A DNA stretch of 32,000 nt from Gemmata obscuriglobus (GCF_008065095.1 NZ_CP042911.1:8430001-8462000), one strand, 5' to 3'; shown: positions 1 to 8,939, counted from the first letter of the stretch. Numbers and translations are program-made. The notes: generated from the sequence alone by a model not told the origin.

Positions 1-359
1 TGGCCGGCGTCGGAGCGCGGGCCTCCTCCGGCCCAACGGCACTGACTTTGTATCGGGTGGTGGTGTGCTTCGTGGTCGATTGGGGCGCTTGCGGGCGCGT
101 CGGAAGAGGGCTCGTGGGTGTGCCCGTTCGGGGCGCGCCGCGGAGCCCCCACTTGAACGTAGGCGGACGCGCGTTGAATGCGTCCGGATCGAGCAGGACA
201 CAGGCGCATCGGAGCTATTCGCGCCGGATCGGGCTGGGAGGTTATCAGCGATTCACGCCGGGAGGAAGGTGCTCAGCCCGGCGCAAATCCCAAGCCCCCC
301 GAAGCAACACAATAGATTCCATTGGCCCGCACGCCGGCGCAATCCAGTCGGGGGCGGTA

Positions 360-1718
360 TCAGTCGCCCATACTGAAGAACACCGGCGCGGCGGCGGTCG
401 TCGGGAGCCGGGTGATGCGGTCGAGCGCTTTTCGGAACCGGCCGGTCGAGGCGTAGTGCGTAACGACCACCAGTGGGACCGGGCCGCCGCCCTCTTCTTC
501 CGCCTCGTGCTGCACGAGGCTCGAAATGCTGATCTCCTCGTCCGCCAGGATGCGGGTGACGTCCGCCAGCACCCCGGGGCGGTCCACGACCTGCAACCGC
601 AGGTAGAACCGGCTCCGCACCCGCTCCGGCGGCTCCACCGTGAACCCGCGGTCCTCGCGGCTCCACAGCTTCGCCGCCGCGAACGTCCGCTGCGCCCGCC
701 CCACCCCCAGGTCGATCAGGTCCGCGACCACGGAGCTGGCGGTCGGCATCTGGCCGGCGCCCGGCCCCTGGTACAGCGTTTCGCCCACCACGTCGCCGTA
801 CACCAGGACGGCGTTGTACGCCCCCCGCACCTGGGCCAGCAGGTCGGTGTGCCGCAGCAGCACCGGGGCCACGTGCAGCGCCACCGTCGGCTCCGCCGGC
901 ACGGCCCCGCTGCGGCTCAACTTCGCCCCGTTGCCGGAGTGGCTGTGCCCGCCGGTCCACGCCTCGGCCAGGAGCTTGATCGTGTACCCGAGTTCGTTCG
1001 CGAACCGGATGTCGATGGCCTCGATGGTGTCGATCCCCTGGCGCGCGATCTCGTGCGGCTTGGCCGCCACGCCGAACGCGATCTGGGCCAGGATCGCCAG
1101 CTTGTGCGCCGCGTCGCTGCCGTCCACGTCCAGCGTCGGGTCGGCCTCGGCGTACCCCAGCTTCTGGGCCTCCGCGAGCGCGTCCGCGTAGCTCTTCCCG
1201 CCCTCGGCCATCGCGGTCAGGATGAAGTTCGACGTGCCGTTCAGGATCGCCTGGATCGCGGTCACCTGGTTGGCCGCCAGGCTCTCGCCCAGCGCGCGGA
1301 TGACCGGCACCCCGCCCGCCACCGCCGCCTCGAAACAGACCGTCCGGTCGGCCCGCCGCGCCGCCTCGAACACCTCCGCGCCGGCGTCGGCCAGCAGCGC
1401 CTTGTTCGCGGTGACGACGTGCTTCCCGGCCGCGAGCGCGTCCAGCACCACCCGCTTCGCCAGCCCGGTGCCGCCGATCAGCTCGACTACGACGTGGACG
1501 CCGGGGTCGTTGATCGCGGCGTGAATGTCGGTCGAGATGATGTCGAGGGGGATCAGCGGGTCGCGCGACTTCGACGGGTCGCGGACCACCACCCGCCGGA
1601 GTTCGAGCGGCCGGCCCGCGCGCTGCGTCACGCGGTCCGCGTGCGCGAGCAGCACCCGCGCCACCCCGCCGCCGACGGTCCCGCAGCCGATGAGTGCGAT
1701 GCCCAGCGTGTCGTTCAT
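360..1718 (-). CDS. hom: homoserine dehydrogenase
   Basis: 452-aa ORF. It has an N-terminal Rossmann motif 'IALIGCGTVGGGV', a central homoserine-DH-like region and a C-terminal ACT-like segment 'FYLRLQVVDRPGVLADVTRILADEEISI'. ATG at 1718. Confidence 0.9.
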   Translation of the reverse strand: MNDTLGIALIGCGTVGGGVARVLLAHADRVTQRAGRPLELRRVVVRDPSKSRDPLIPLDIISTDIHAAINDPGVHVVVELIGGTGLAKRVVLDALAAGKHVVTANKALLADAGAEVFEAARRADRTVCFEAAVAGGVPVIRALGESLAANQVTAIQAILNGTSNFILTAMAEGGKSYADALAEAQKLGYAEADPTLDVDGSDAAHKLAILAQIAFGVAAKPHEIARQGIDTIEAIDIRFANELGYTIKLLAEAWTGGHSHSGNGAKLSRSGAVPAEPTVALHVAPVLLRHTDLLAQVRGAYNAVLVYGDVVGETLYQGPGAGQMPTASSVVADLIDLGVGRAQRTFAAAKLWSREDRGFTVEPPERVRSRFYLRLQVVDRPGVLADVTRILADEEISISSLVQHEAEEEGGGPVPLVVVTHYASTGRFRKALDRITRLPTTAAAPVFFSMGD

Positions 1719-1783
1719 AAGTGCCTACCGCCTTCTCGAGGGTAGGCGTATTATCGCGGCGCTGGCGCGTGCGGCCACTTTTC

Positions 1784-1880
1784 GAAGTCTCAAGTCGGCA
1801 GGTCGCAAGTCGTAAAGTCGAAGACCTCCACTGTGAAGGTCTTCGACTTTACGACTTGCGACCTGCCGACTTGAGACTTC
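1784..1880. repeat. perfect 44-bp inverted repeat (arms 1784-1827 / 1837-1880, 9-nt loop ccactgtga) with internal AAGTC(G) sub-repeats
   Basis: I checked the arms base by base and they are exact reverse complements. The right arm ends 1 nt before the stop codon (1881-1883) of the minus-strand gene. It sits upstream of hom. Two ORF-track entries end in the same peptide 'SLKSAGRKS' because of it. Confidence 0.9.
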
Positions 1881-2600
1881 TCAAGCTCGGGCTTTGCGAA
1901 AACGGAGCCGGCCGAGGAGCAGGCTGCCGAACCCGATGCCCGCGAGCACGACGCCCGGGGGGGCCGGAACCGCGCTGGGCGGCGGGGGGCAGTAGTCCGG
2001 CACCACCATGATCTGGTCCTGCTTGGTGCCGGACACCAGTGCGACGAGGTGGTAGCCCGCGAGGTCGTGGGTCGAGTACGCGCCGCCGAGGCTGTTCAAC
2101 ATGCTGGTGGTCAGCGAGTTGCTCCCCTGGATGCGGCCGGCGGTCAGGCTCTTGCTCGTGGCCCCGTCGTACACCAGCTCCCACAGCGCCAGTTGGAACG
2201 CCGCCGCGCTGGCGGCGCTGGTCAGGCTGGTGTTGTAGTACCGGTCGAACAGCTCGGTGATCACCGCGGCCTTCGCGGCGGTGCCGATCGTCGGGGCCAG
2301 CTTCAGGTCCGTTTGCACGGTGTAGGTGTACGTGCCGCCCGTGCTGACGGTCTGGTCGAGGTCGATGCAGTAGGTGGTGACCGCGGTCGCGTAGTTGGCG
2401 TTCAGCGGCGCGCTCTGGGTCCAGTGGAACGGGCCGCCGTTCACCGTCGTGGACGAGCCGCCGTTGGGCCTGTAGGTGACGCTCGTGCCGCTGTTGTTCA
2501 GCGTCAGGTTGATCGTTTCGGCGGAGGCGCGGGGCGCGGCGGCCATGAGGCCGAGGAGGGCGAGCGCGGCGGCGAGCGGGCGGGCGGGACGGACCAACAT
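1881..2600 (-). CDS. secreted protein with PEP-CTERM-like C-terminal sorting signal
   Basis: Signal peptide 'MLVRPARPLAAALALLGLMAAAPRASA'. The C-terminus 'VPAPPGVVLAGIGFGSLLLGRLRFRKARA' has the PxP, TM helix and basic-tail layout. AAGGAG lies 9 nt upstream of the ATG at 2600. Confidence 0.8.
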   Translation of the reverse strand: MLVRPARPLAAALALLGLMAAAPRASAETINLTLNNSGTSVTYRPNGGSSTTVNGGPFHWTQSAPLNANYATAVTTYCIDLDQTVSTGGTYTYTVQTDLKLAPTIGTAAKAAVITELFDRYYNTSLTSAASAAAFQLALWELVYDGATSKSLTAGRIQGSNSLTTSMLNSLGGAYSTHDLAGYHLVALVSGTKQDQIMVVPDYCPPPPSAVPAPPGVVLAGIGFGSLLLGRLRFRKARA

Positions 2601-2958
2601 TTCGAATCGCTCCTTCAGGGGCAGTGAACCGCAGGGGACGGTTCGTTCGCGCCGGCTTTGCCGGTGCTGTGTGCCGCTCCTTTAGCACCCACTGTGCCGA
2701 ACGCGCGGGGCACGCGCGGCTTGCGCCGGGCCGAACGCTGAAAGCCCTGAGAAACAAGCCAATTGGCGCGAAGTGCGGGGCCTCCGCCGGGTCCGGGATC
2801 GGGGGAAGCTGTTAGCGAACCCGCACGGCGGATGCGCCCCGCGCTCGCCCGCGTTTACAGCGCGCGTTACACGGGCGCCAGGGCCGCTCCGGGTTCATAG
2901 GGGGGCGTTTAACAACCCGAGCCCGCGGGCGCCGTGAAACACGGAGCGGCACGGGCGC

Positions 2959-2991
2959 AAAAAACAACCGCGGCCCAGAAGTGGGCCGCGG
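2959..2991 (-). terminator. intrinsic terminator downstream of the 3017-3778 gene
   Basis: 10-bp GC stem ccgcggccca / tgggccgcgg (2968-2977 / 2982-2991) with loop gaag. On the minus strand it is followed by TTGTTTTTTG. Confidence 0.7.
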
Positions 2992-3016
2992 CACGACTGT
3001 CTAATCTAAGCTCAAT

Positions 3017-3778
3017 TTACTTGGCGCGACGGAGCCGGCCGAGGAGCAGGCTGCCGAACCCGATGCCCGCGAGCACGACGCCCGGAGGAGTTGGGATCGC
3101 GCTGGGCGGCGTCGGGGGCGGGCTGGTCACAACGCTGACCGGCACCTTGTCGCCGTCCGGGTCGTTGTAGCCGGCGTACTTGGTCTTGTTCGTCGAGCGG
3201 AACCGGACCGAGAACGGGACCGCGCTCGAACCCGTGCCGGCGCTCTTCTCGCCGATCAGTTCGGCCGCGGTCAGGCCGAGCAGCGCGCTGCCCGTGAGGG
3301 TCACCTGGAACGTCGCCGAGCCGCCAGCGCCGATGCCCTTGGCGATCTCGGCAGTCGCGACCGTGTGCAACTGGCTCGAGTTGGTGCTGAACGCGTAGTC
3401 GAACTCGCCGCCCTGGAGGTTGGTGGCGTTGGCCGCGGCGTTCAGGAGCTTGAAGTCGGTGTCGCTGACGACCGGGTTCGAAGCGGTCACGCCGGTCGGC
3501 ACGTTGAAGCCGAAGCCGGTGATGAACCCGTAGGCGTACGCGTCGCTGGTGGTCGGGGTCGTGTTGTTCAGGGTGACCGTCAGCGTGGCGGTCGTGGTGC
3601 CGCCGACCGTGGTCGTGGGGCCCAAGGTGAGCCGGCCGCTGAAGCTGACCGGATCGTCACCGGTGCGGGAGCCACTGAAGTCGACGTAGTCGGCCCGAGC
3701 GGCGCCGGCCGATGCGCAAAGGGCCACCGCCGCGGCCACCGCCGCGAGGCGGGTCCGCGAGGCGAAACGGGAGAACAT
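3017..3778 (-). CDS. secreted protein with PEP-CTERM-like C-terminal sorting signal (paralog of 1881-2600 at the anchor)
   Basis: Signal peptide 'MFSRFASRTRLAAVAAAVALCASAGAARA'. C-terminus 'PTPPGVVLAGIGFGSLLLGRLRRAK'. GGAG lies 9 nt before the ATG at 3778; the ORF track starts at a TTG at 3787. A 57-bp stretch of the 3' end is identical to 1902-1958. Confidence 0.8.
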   Translation of the reverse strand: MFSRFASRTRLAAVAAAVALCASAGAARADYVDFSGSRTGDDPVSFSGRLTLGPTTTVGGTTTATLTVTLNNTTPTTSDAYAYGFITGFGFNVPTGVTASNPVVSDTDFKLLNAAANATNLQGGEFDYAFSTNSSQLHTVATAEIAKGIGAGGSATFQVTLTGSALLGLTAAELIGEKSAGTGSSAVPFSVRFRSTNKTKYAGYNDPDGDKVPVSVVTSPPPTPPSAIPTPPGVVLAGIGFGSLLLGRLRRAK

Positions 3779-4088
3779 TACGAGCAACTCCTGGGGTGGG
3801 TTCAGCAGATCGGTTTTGAGGGGGACCGGCCGGCCGAACGATGAGCAAACGCGTTCCGGACGCCCGCTGGGCGGTCGGAGCTGTCCGGCGAGTTGTGCCG
3901 AACACTCACGATGTTACTCCGGAGTTCGAGTCGTTCAACGGCACAGAATAGGCAGTTGGTAGCGATTGTGCCGATTATTCCGACGGCAGAATTGGTGACA
4001 CGTGAACCCGGCTCCGGAAGGTGGAGTCATTCCGGTTCCAGCTTAAAATCAGAGTCTCTCGGACTCGTTGAGGAGACTGTTTCAGCCC

Positions 4089-6722
4089 ATGACGATTCAC
4101 ATTCCGGAGTTCGCCCTCGTACTGCTGGTCGGCCCGTCCGGGTCCGGCAAGACCACGTTCGCGCGCAAGCACTTCCGTCCGACGGAGGTGCTGTCGTCGG
4201 ACGCCTTCCGCGGCATGGTGTGCGACGACGAGATGAACCAGGCCGCATCGGAAGACGCGTTCGAGCTGCTGCACCTGGTGTGCGAGAAGCGGCTCCGGCT
4301 CGGCAAGCTCACCGTCATCGACGCGACCAACGTGCGGACCGAGGCGCGCAAGCCGTTTCTGGAACTGGCGCGGAAGTACCACGCGCAGGTGACGGCGGTG
4401 GTGTTCGACTTCAGCGCGGACTTCTGTCACGCGCGAAACCAGCAGCGGGCCGCGGAGCGCCCGTTCGGCCCGCACGTCACCCAGCGCCACGCGGAGGACC
4501 TGCGCCGCTCGCTCGGGCGCCTCGAAGACGAGGGCGTCCGCCGGGTGTTCGTGCTGAAGGACGAGGAGCAGGTCGCCGGTGCGACGTTCGAGCGGTACCG
4601 GTTGCCGGTGAACAAGCGTGACGAGCGCGGGCCGTTCGACATTATCGGCGACGTTCACGGGTGCCTGAGCGAGTTGCTCGCGCTGCTCCGGGCGCTCGGC
4701 TACACGCTCACGCAGGAGACGGCCGCAGACGGCGTCACCTTCTGGCGGGCAGCGCCCCCGGAGGGGCGCCGGCTGGCGTTCGTCGGTGACCTGTGCGACC
4801 GCGGCCCGGACACGCCCGGCGTGTACCGGCTGGTCATCGACGCGGTCGAGCGCGGGGCGGCGGTTTGCGTACTCGGGAACCACGAGGACAAACTGCTGCG
4901 GTGGTTCAACACCCCCGACAAGGTGAAACTCACGCACGGGCTGGCGCAGTCGGTGGAGCAGTTCGAGAAGGAGCCGCCGGAGCAGCGGGCGCGGGTGCGG
5001 GAGTTCATCACCCGGCTCCCGTCGCACCTAGTTCTCGACGGCGGGCGGCTGGTGGTGGCCCACGCGGGCCTGACGGCCGACATGCACGGCCGCGTATCGG
5101 GCAAGGTGCGCGCGTTCGCCATCTACGGGGACACGACCGGCGAGAGCGACGAGTTCGGGCTGCCCGTGCGCCTGAACTGGGCGGCCAACTACCGCGCCCG
5201 GGCGAACGTGGTGTACGGGCACACGCCGACGCTCACCCCGGAGTGGGTGAACCGGTGCATCTGCATCGACACCGGGTGCGTGTTCGGCGGGAAGCTCACC
5301 GCCCTCCGCTACCCGGAGCAGGAACTGGTGAGCGTTCCCGCCGAGAAAGAGTACGCCGAGCCGAAGCGCCCGCTGGCACCTCCCCCGCAGGCCCTCGTCC
5401 CCGGCGGACAGGCCGGGCCGGGCGACGGACGAGCGGGCACGTTGACGGCGCGCGAACGCTCATCCCCTCCTGCGCTAGAAGGAGGCGCGAGCGACAGACG
5501 TTCCGCAGACCTGGACCTCGCCGATGTGATCGGGCGGCGCACGATCGAGACGCGCTTCGCCGGGAAAGTGACGATCCGCGAAGAGAACGCGGCCGCGGCG
5601 CTGGAAGCGATGTCCCGGTTCGCGGCGGACCCGCGGTGGCTCATGTACCTGCCGCCGACGATGTCGCCGTGCGAGGCGTCGGCGCGGCCCGAGTTCCTCG
5701 AACACCCGGCCGAAGCGTTCCGCTACTTCAGGAACGAGGGCGCGGACCGGGTGGTGTGCGAGCAGAAGCACATGGGCTCGCGCGCGGTGGCGATCGTGTG
5801 CCGGGACGAGGCCGCGGCGGCCCGCCGGTTCGGCGCGGAGGGCGAGAGCGGGATCATCTACACCCGCACCGGGCGCCGGTTCTTCGACGATCCGGCCACC
5901 GAGGCCGCGTTCCTGGGGCTGCTGCGCGACGCCCTCACCCGGGCCGATTGGTGGGCGAAGTTCGGTACGGACTGGGTCGCGCTCGACGGCGAACTGATGC
6001 CGTGGTCCGCGAAGGCCCAGGAACTGTTGCGGCGCCAGTACGCCGCCACCGGCAGCGCCGCGACCGCCGCGCTGGCGGAGGCCAACACGCTGTTCGGTTC
6101 GGGCGGTGCCGCCGAACTCGCGACCCGGTTCGCGGCCAAGGCAGAAGCCGCCAACCGGTTCGTGGCCGCGTACCGCCGGTACTGCTGGCCGGTGAACTCG
6201 GTCGCGGACCTGAAGTTCGCGCCGTTCTTCTTGCTCGCCACGGAGGGGCAACTGTACTTCGACCGGACGCACGAGTGGCACATGCGGGCCCTCGCGGAAC
6301 TCGCGACCGCCCCGCAGGTCCTCGCCACCCCGTTCCGTGTGGTGGACTTGGCCGACCCGGCCCAGGAGGAGGCCGCCACGCGCTGGTGGCTGGACCTGAC
6401 GGAGGCCGGGGACGAGGGGATGGTGGTGAAGCCGCTCGAACCGCTGACCCGTGGGCGCAAGTTCTACGCCCAGCCGGCGCTGAAAGTGCGCGGGCGCGAG
6501 TACCTGCGGATTATTTACGGGCCGGACTACTTGGCGCCGGAACACCTGGGACGGCTGAAGCACCGGGCGGTGGGAGCGAAGCGCGGACTGGCGGGGCGCG
6601 AGTTCGGGCTCGGGCTGGAGGGTCTGGAGCGGTTCGCCCGCGGGGCCGAGTTGCGCGCGGTTCACGAGTGCGTGTTCGCGGTCCTGGCGCTGGAGAGCGA
6701 GCCGATCGACCCGCGGCTGTGA
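4089..6722 (+). CDS. pnkp: polynucleotide kinase-phosphatase (kinase / metallophosphatase / ligase-like adenylyltransferase), RNA-repair type
   Basis: N-terminus 'MTIHIPEFALVLLVGPSGSGKTTFARKHF' carries a P-loop kinase motif. The phosphoesterase motifs 'GDVHGC', 'GDLCDRGPD' and 'GNHED' follow. A C-terminal nucleotidyltransferase lysine motif 'EQKHMGSR' is present. The three-domain order matches bacterial Pnkp. An alternative TTG start lies at 4068. Confidence 0.85.
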   Translation: MTIHIPEFALVLLVGPSGSGKTTFARKHFRPTEVLSSDAFRGMVCDDEMNQAASEDAFELLHLVCEKRLRLGKLTVIDATNVRTEARKPFLELARKYHAQVTAVVFDFSADFCHARNQQRAAERPFGPHVTQRHAEDLRRSLGRLEDEGVRRVFVLKDEEQVAGATFERYRLPVNKRDERGPFDIIGDVHGCLSELLALLRALGYTLTQETAADGVTFWRAAPPEGRRLAFVGDLCDRGPDTPGVYRLVIDAVERGAAVCVLGNHEDKLLRWFNTPDKVKLTHGLAQSVEQFEKEPPEQRARVREFITRLPSHLVLDGGRLVVAHAGLTADMHGRVSGKVRAFAIYGDTTGESDEFGLPVRLNWAANYRARANVVYGHTPTLTPEWVNRCICIDTGCVFGGKLTALRYPEQELVSVPAEKEYAEPKRPLAPPPQALVPGGQAGPGDGRAGTLTARERSSPPALEGGASDRRSADLDLADVIGRRTIETRFAGKVTIREENAAAALEAMSRFAADPRWLMYLPPTMSPCEASARPEFLEHPAEAFRYFRNEGADRVVCEQKHMGSRAVAIVCRDEAAAARRFGAEGESGIIYTRTGRRFFDDPATEAAFLGLLRDALTRADWWAKFGTDWVALDGELMPWSAKAQELLRRQYAATGSAATAALAEANTLFGSGGAAELATRFAAKAEAANRFVAAYRRYCWPVNSVADLKFAPFFLLATEGQLYFDRTHEWHMRALAELATAPQVLATPFRVVDLADPAQEEAATRWWLDLTEAGDEGMVVKPLEPLTRGRKFYAQPALKVRGREYLRIIYGPDYLAPEHLGRLKHRAVGAKRGLAGREFGLGLEGLERFARGAELRAVHECVFAVLALESEPIDPRL

Positions 6723-6802
6723 TTCGAGAGCGTGTGGGTGGACGGGCTCGGTTACGGCGGCGAGCGCGCCGGGCGAGCAATTGGCGCGCGGGAACACGTA
6801 AT

Positions 6803-6846
6803 AACGTGAGCCGCCGGCGATCACGAGATCGCCGGCGGCTCACGTT
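6803..6846. terminator. 20-bp perfect stem-loop between convergent genes (possible bidirectional terminator)
   Basis: Arms aacgtgagccgccggcgatc / gatcgccggcggctcacgtt with loop acga. It lies between the pnkp stop (6722) and the stop of the minus-strand gene (6859). There is no clear U-tract. Confidence 0.55.
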
Positions 6847-6858
6847 GCTGCGCTCGTA

Positions 6859-7569
6859 TCACTTTTCGCCGTAAGCCTTGTACTTGTACGGCGCGGGGGT
6901 CGGCTTCGGTTTCAGCGACACCGGCAGGTCGGTCGGCGATGCGGCGCCACCCGGCGGAACCGTCGGCTGCGGATCAGCCTTCGGAACCGGGACCGGGTTT
7001 GCCGGGCCGCCGTCGTAACGGAACGTGCCGTCGCCGGGCGCCGCGGGCGGTGCCATCGGTTGTGTAAGCGGTGTCATTTGTTGCGGGGCCGGGCGCAGGG
7101 ATTGTGTCCCCAGGTTCTGCGCCGGAGCGCTGAGCGTGACCGCGTCGGCACCGATCCCGATCGAGAACCCGAACCCGACACCGGAGCCGCCGTAGTAGTA
7201 CGACGAGTACACTGGCGCGGGGTAGTAGTAGCTCGGGTAGTACGCCCGCGGCGCGTAGTAATATGCCGGACGGTAGTAGCCGAACGACGCGTACCCGCCG
7301 TAGTAGGGTCGGTAATAGTGGCTGCCGTAATACCCGCGGTACCCGTACCCGCCGCCCCACCCGTGATACCCGCCGTACCGGCGGTAGCCGTGCGTCAACT
7401 CGTTGTCTTCAGTCGCGGCGCGCTCGGTGGTCCCCTTACCGCCGAGCGTCATCGTTGTGCCGGAACCGCCCGCGGTCGGCAGGGTGTCGCGTTCGGCGGC
7501 GCTCGCGGCGCCCCCGAACGCCAACACCGCGCCGAGCGCGAGTGCGGCCTGTTTCAGATGCGGGGTCAT
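6859..7569 (-). CDS. secreted Tyr/Gly-rich low-complexity protein
   Basis: The ATG at 7569 is preceded by GGAGGG. Signal peptide 'MTPHLKQAALALGAVLAFGGASAA'. The core reads 'GYRRYGGYHGWGGGYGYRGYYGSHYYRPYYGGYASFGYYRPAYYYAPRAYYPSYYYPAPVYSSYYYGG', followed by a Pro-rich tail. Confidence 0.7.
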   Translation of the reverse strand: MTPHLKQAALALGAVLAFGGAASAAERDTLPTAGGSGTTMTLGGKGTTERAATEDNELTHGYRRYGGYHGWGGGYGYRGYYGSHYYRPYYGGYASFGYYRPAYYYAPRAYYPSYYYPAPVYSSYYYGGSGVGFGFSIGIGADAVTLSAPAQNLGTQSLRPAPQQMTPLTQPMAPPAAPGDGTFRYDGGPANPVPVPKADPQPTVPPGGAASPTDLPVSLKPKPTPAPYKYKAYGEK

Positions 7570-7721
7570 TGTTGCGTCCCTCCGTCCGAATGGCAGGGTG
7601 TTCCGCTGGTGCCATTTCGTCGGATTGTACGCGGCTCGTGTGCCGCCCGGAAGGACAACCGGGGCGAAAAGGCTCACCCGCCCGCCTCCCGACCGCTGTG
7701 CGGGGCGAATACACTGGCGTT

Positions 7722-8321
7722 ATGCTCACCCCCACTTCAACGTCGCTGCTCGTGGTGGACGCCCAACGGGGCTTTACCGACCTGTGCCCCGCGGAACTGC
7801 CGGTCCCGGGCGGGGCGGACATCGTCGCAGGGGTGAACGCCCTGCTCGCGCTACCGTTCGCCCGGATCGATGCGACCCAGGACTGGCACCCGGCGGACCA
7901 CCGCTCGTTTCTGGGCCGGACCGACAACCTGTACCCGCCGCACTGCGTGATGAACACGCCGGGCGCGGAATTTCTTCCGGGGCTGCACACGCACCGGTTC
8001 GGTGCGGTGTGGCGCAAGGGCTACGACCACGACTTCGAGGCCTACGCGGTGACCGCGCAGCACCCGGGTTTCGCGGCGTTTCTGCGCGCCTCCGGAATCG
8101 AAACGGTTGTGGTGTGCGGCATCGCGACCAACATCTGCTGCTTCTTTTCCGCCCGCGACTTGCGACGCGCCGGTTTCGAGGTGCTGATGGTCGAGGATGC
8201 CAGCGCCGGAATCGATGTCCCTGTGGCCGGGTTGTTCCAGGCACAGGCCAGGAATGAGGGGCTGACCCTCGGCATCCGGTACGGTATCGTTGCCGACGTG
8301 TGCCGTGCGTTCGGGAAGTGA
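7722..8321 (+). CDS. pncA: nicotinamidase / isochorismatase-family hydrolase
   Basis: 'LLVVDAQRGF' supplies the catalytic Asp, 'DWHPADHRSF' is a metal-site motif and 'VVVCGIATNICC' supplies the catalytic Cys. ATG at 7722; the longer ORF-track N-terminus is Arg-rich junk. Confidence 0.85.
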   Translation: MLTPTSTSLLVVDAQRGFTDLCPAELPVPGGADIVAGVNALLALPFARIDATQDWHPADHRSFLGRTDNLYPPHCVMNTPGAEFLPGLHTHRFGAVWRKGYDHDFEAYAVTAQHPGFAAFLRASGIETVVVCGIATNICCFFSARDLRRAGFEVLMVEDASAGIDVPVAGLFQAQARNEGLTLGIRYGIVADVCRAFGK

Positions 8322-8322
8322 T

Positions 8323-8781
8323 TCACGCCCCGCGGTCGACGAGTCGCGCCCGGACGCGGCCCAGCAGCATCGCGTGGTCGAACGCGAGTGCCGGCAACTC
8401 ATCCAGAGCAAACCACCCCACCGCGGACGCATCGTCGGCTGCAACCGGCTTTACCGCGCCGGCTTCGATGCGTGCCAGGTACACGACGCTAACGGTCCAG
8501 CCCCGCGGGTCGCGGCCCGGGTCGCCCGCGGTGTAGAGTTGCTCCAGGTCCGCGACCGCAACGCCGGTTTCCTCCATCAGCTCCCGCCGGGCGGCATCAG
8601 CAAGCTTTTCGTTCTTTTCAACGAACCCGCCCGGCAGCGCCCACCCCCCGGCAAACGGGGCCTTTTTGCGCTGAATCAAAAGGACACGCGGCCGATTCTC
8701 GCGGGTCACGATGGCAACGTCCACGGTCAAGGCCGGGCGCGGGTAATCGTAAGTGTGCTTCGGATCGCTTTTTGTGGGCAT
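8323..8781 (-). CDS. NUDIX hydrolase (ADP-ribose pyrophosphatase-like)
   Basis: Nudix box 'GGWALPGGFVEKNEKLADAARRELMEETGV'. The C-terminal 'LAFDHAMLL' motif is common in ADPR-type Nudix proteins. The ATG at 8781 is preceded by GGAGG. The stop is 1 nt from the pncA stop, in convergent orientation. Confidence 0.85.
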   Translation of the reverse strand: MPTKSDPKHTYDYPRPALTVDVAIVTRENRPRVLLIQRKKAPFAGGWALPGGFVEKNEKLADAARRELMEETGVAVADLEQLYTAGDPGRDPRGWTVSVVYLARIEAGAVKPVAADDASAVGWFALDELPALAFDHAMLLGRVRARLVDRGA

Positions 8782-8939
8782 TTCAACCTCCACACCAGAC
8801 AAGACCTTACGCCGACGGTTTAGAACTGCCTTGAGTAACTTACCCGCTGCCGGCGCGTCGGCCAACCGGAGGAAATTCAGACCTACCGGTAGAATGGGAG
8901 TGTCCCCGGTGCGCCGGGGCACCAAAGGAGAGGTGCTTT

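Noticed and set aside
48-1745. 565-aa plus-strand ORF across the hom locus
   Set aside because: It is antisense to a clearly recognisable homoserine dehydrogenase. The translation is Arg/Pro/Gly/Val-rich with no motifs, which is the typical shadow ORF of >70% GC DNA.
1784-1880. AAGTC(G) sub-repeats as a CRISPR array
   Set aside because: The units are 5-6 nt with irregular 2-9-nt gaps inside a single palindrome. There is no repeat-spacer architecture here or anywhere else in the window.
1902-3085. 57-bp identical segments at 1902-1958 and 3029-3085
   Set aside because: The repeat is real but explained. Both copies encode the shared C-terminal anchor (PPGVVLAGIGFGSLLLGRLR) of two paralogous PEP-CTERM-like proteins. 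It is not a mobile-element repeat.
3706-3718. ccggccgatgcgc, a partial match to the motif core
   Set aside because: Only a 10-nt GC-rich core matches, it lacks the GTCAC end, and it lies inside a chromosomal coding region.
6723-6858. Search for a hen1 gene downstream of pnkp
   Set aside because: The interval holds only a 20-bp-stem hairpin and then a convergent gene, so no methyltransferase ORF is present.
4793-6874. 693-aa plus-strand and 449-aa minus-strand ORFs overlapping pnkp
   Set aside because: They are alternative frames of a gene with three recognisable catalytic domains, and they have no motifs of their own.
7263-8321. 352-aa version of the nicotinamidase ORF and other long N-terminal extensions (6859-7677, 8323-8925, 12225-12632, 12927-13256, 13946-14266)
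   Set aside because: The extensions are Arg/Pro-rich, overlap neighbouring genes or lack an SD. Internal starts with an SD and a signal peptide or domain boundary fit better.
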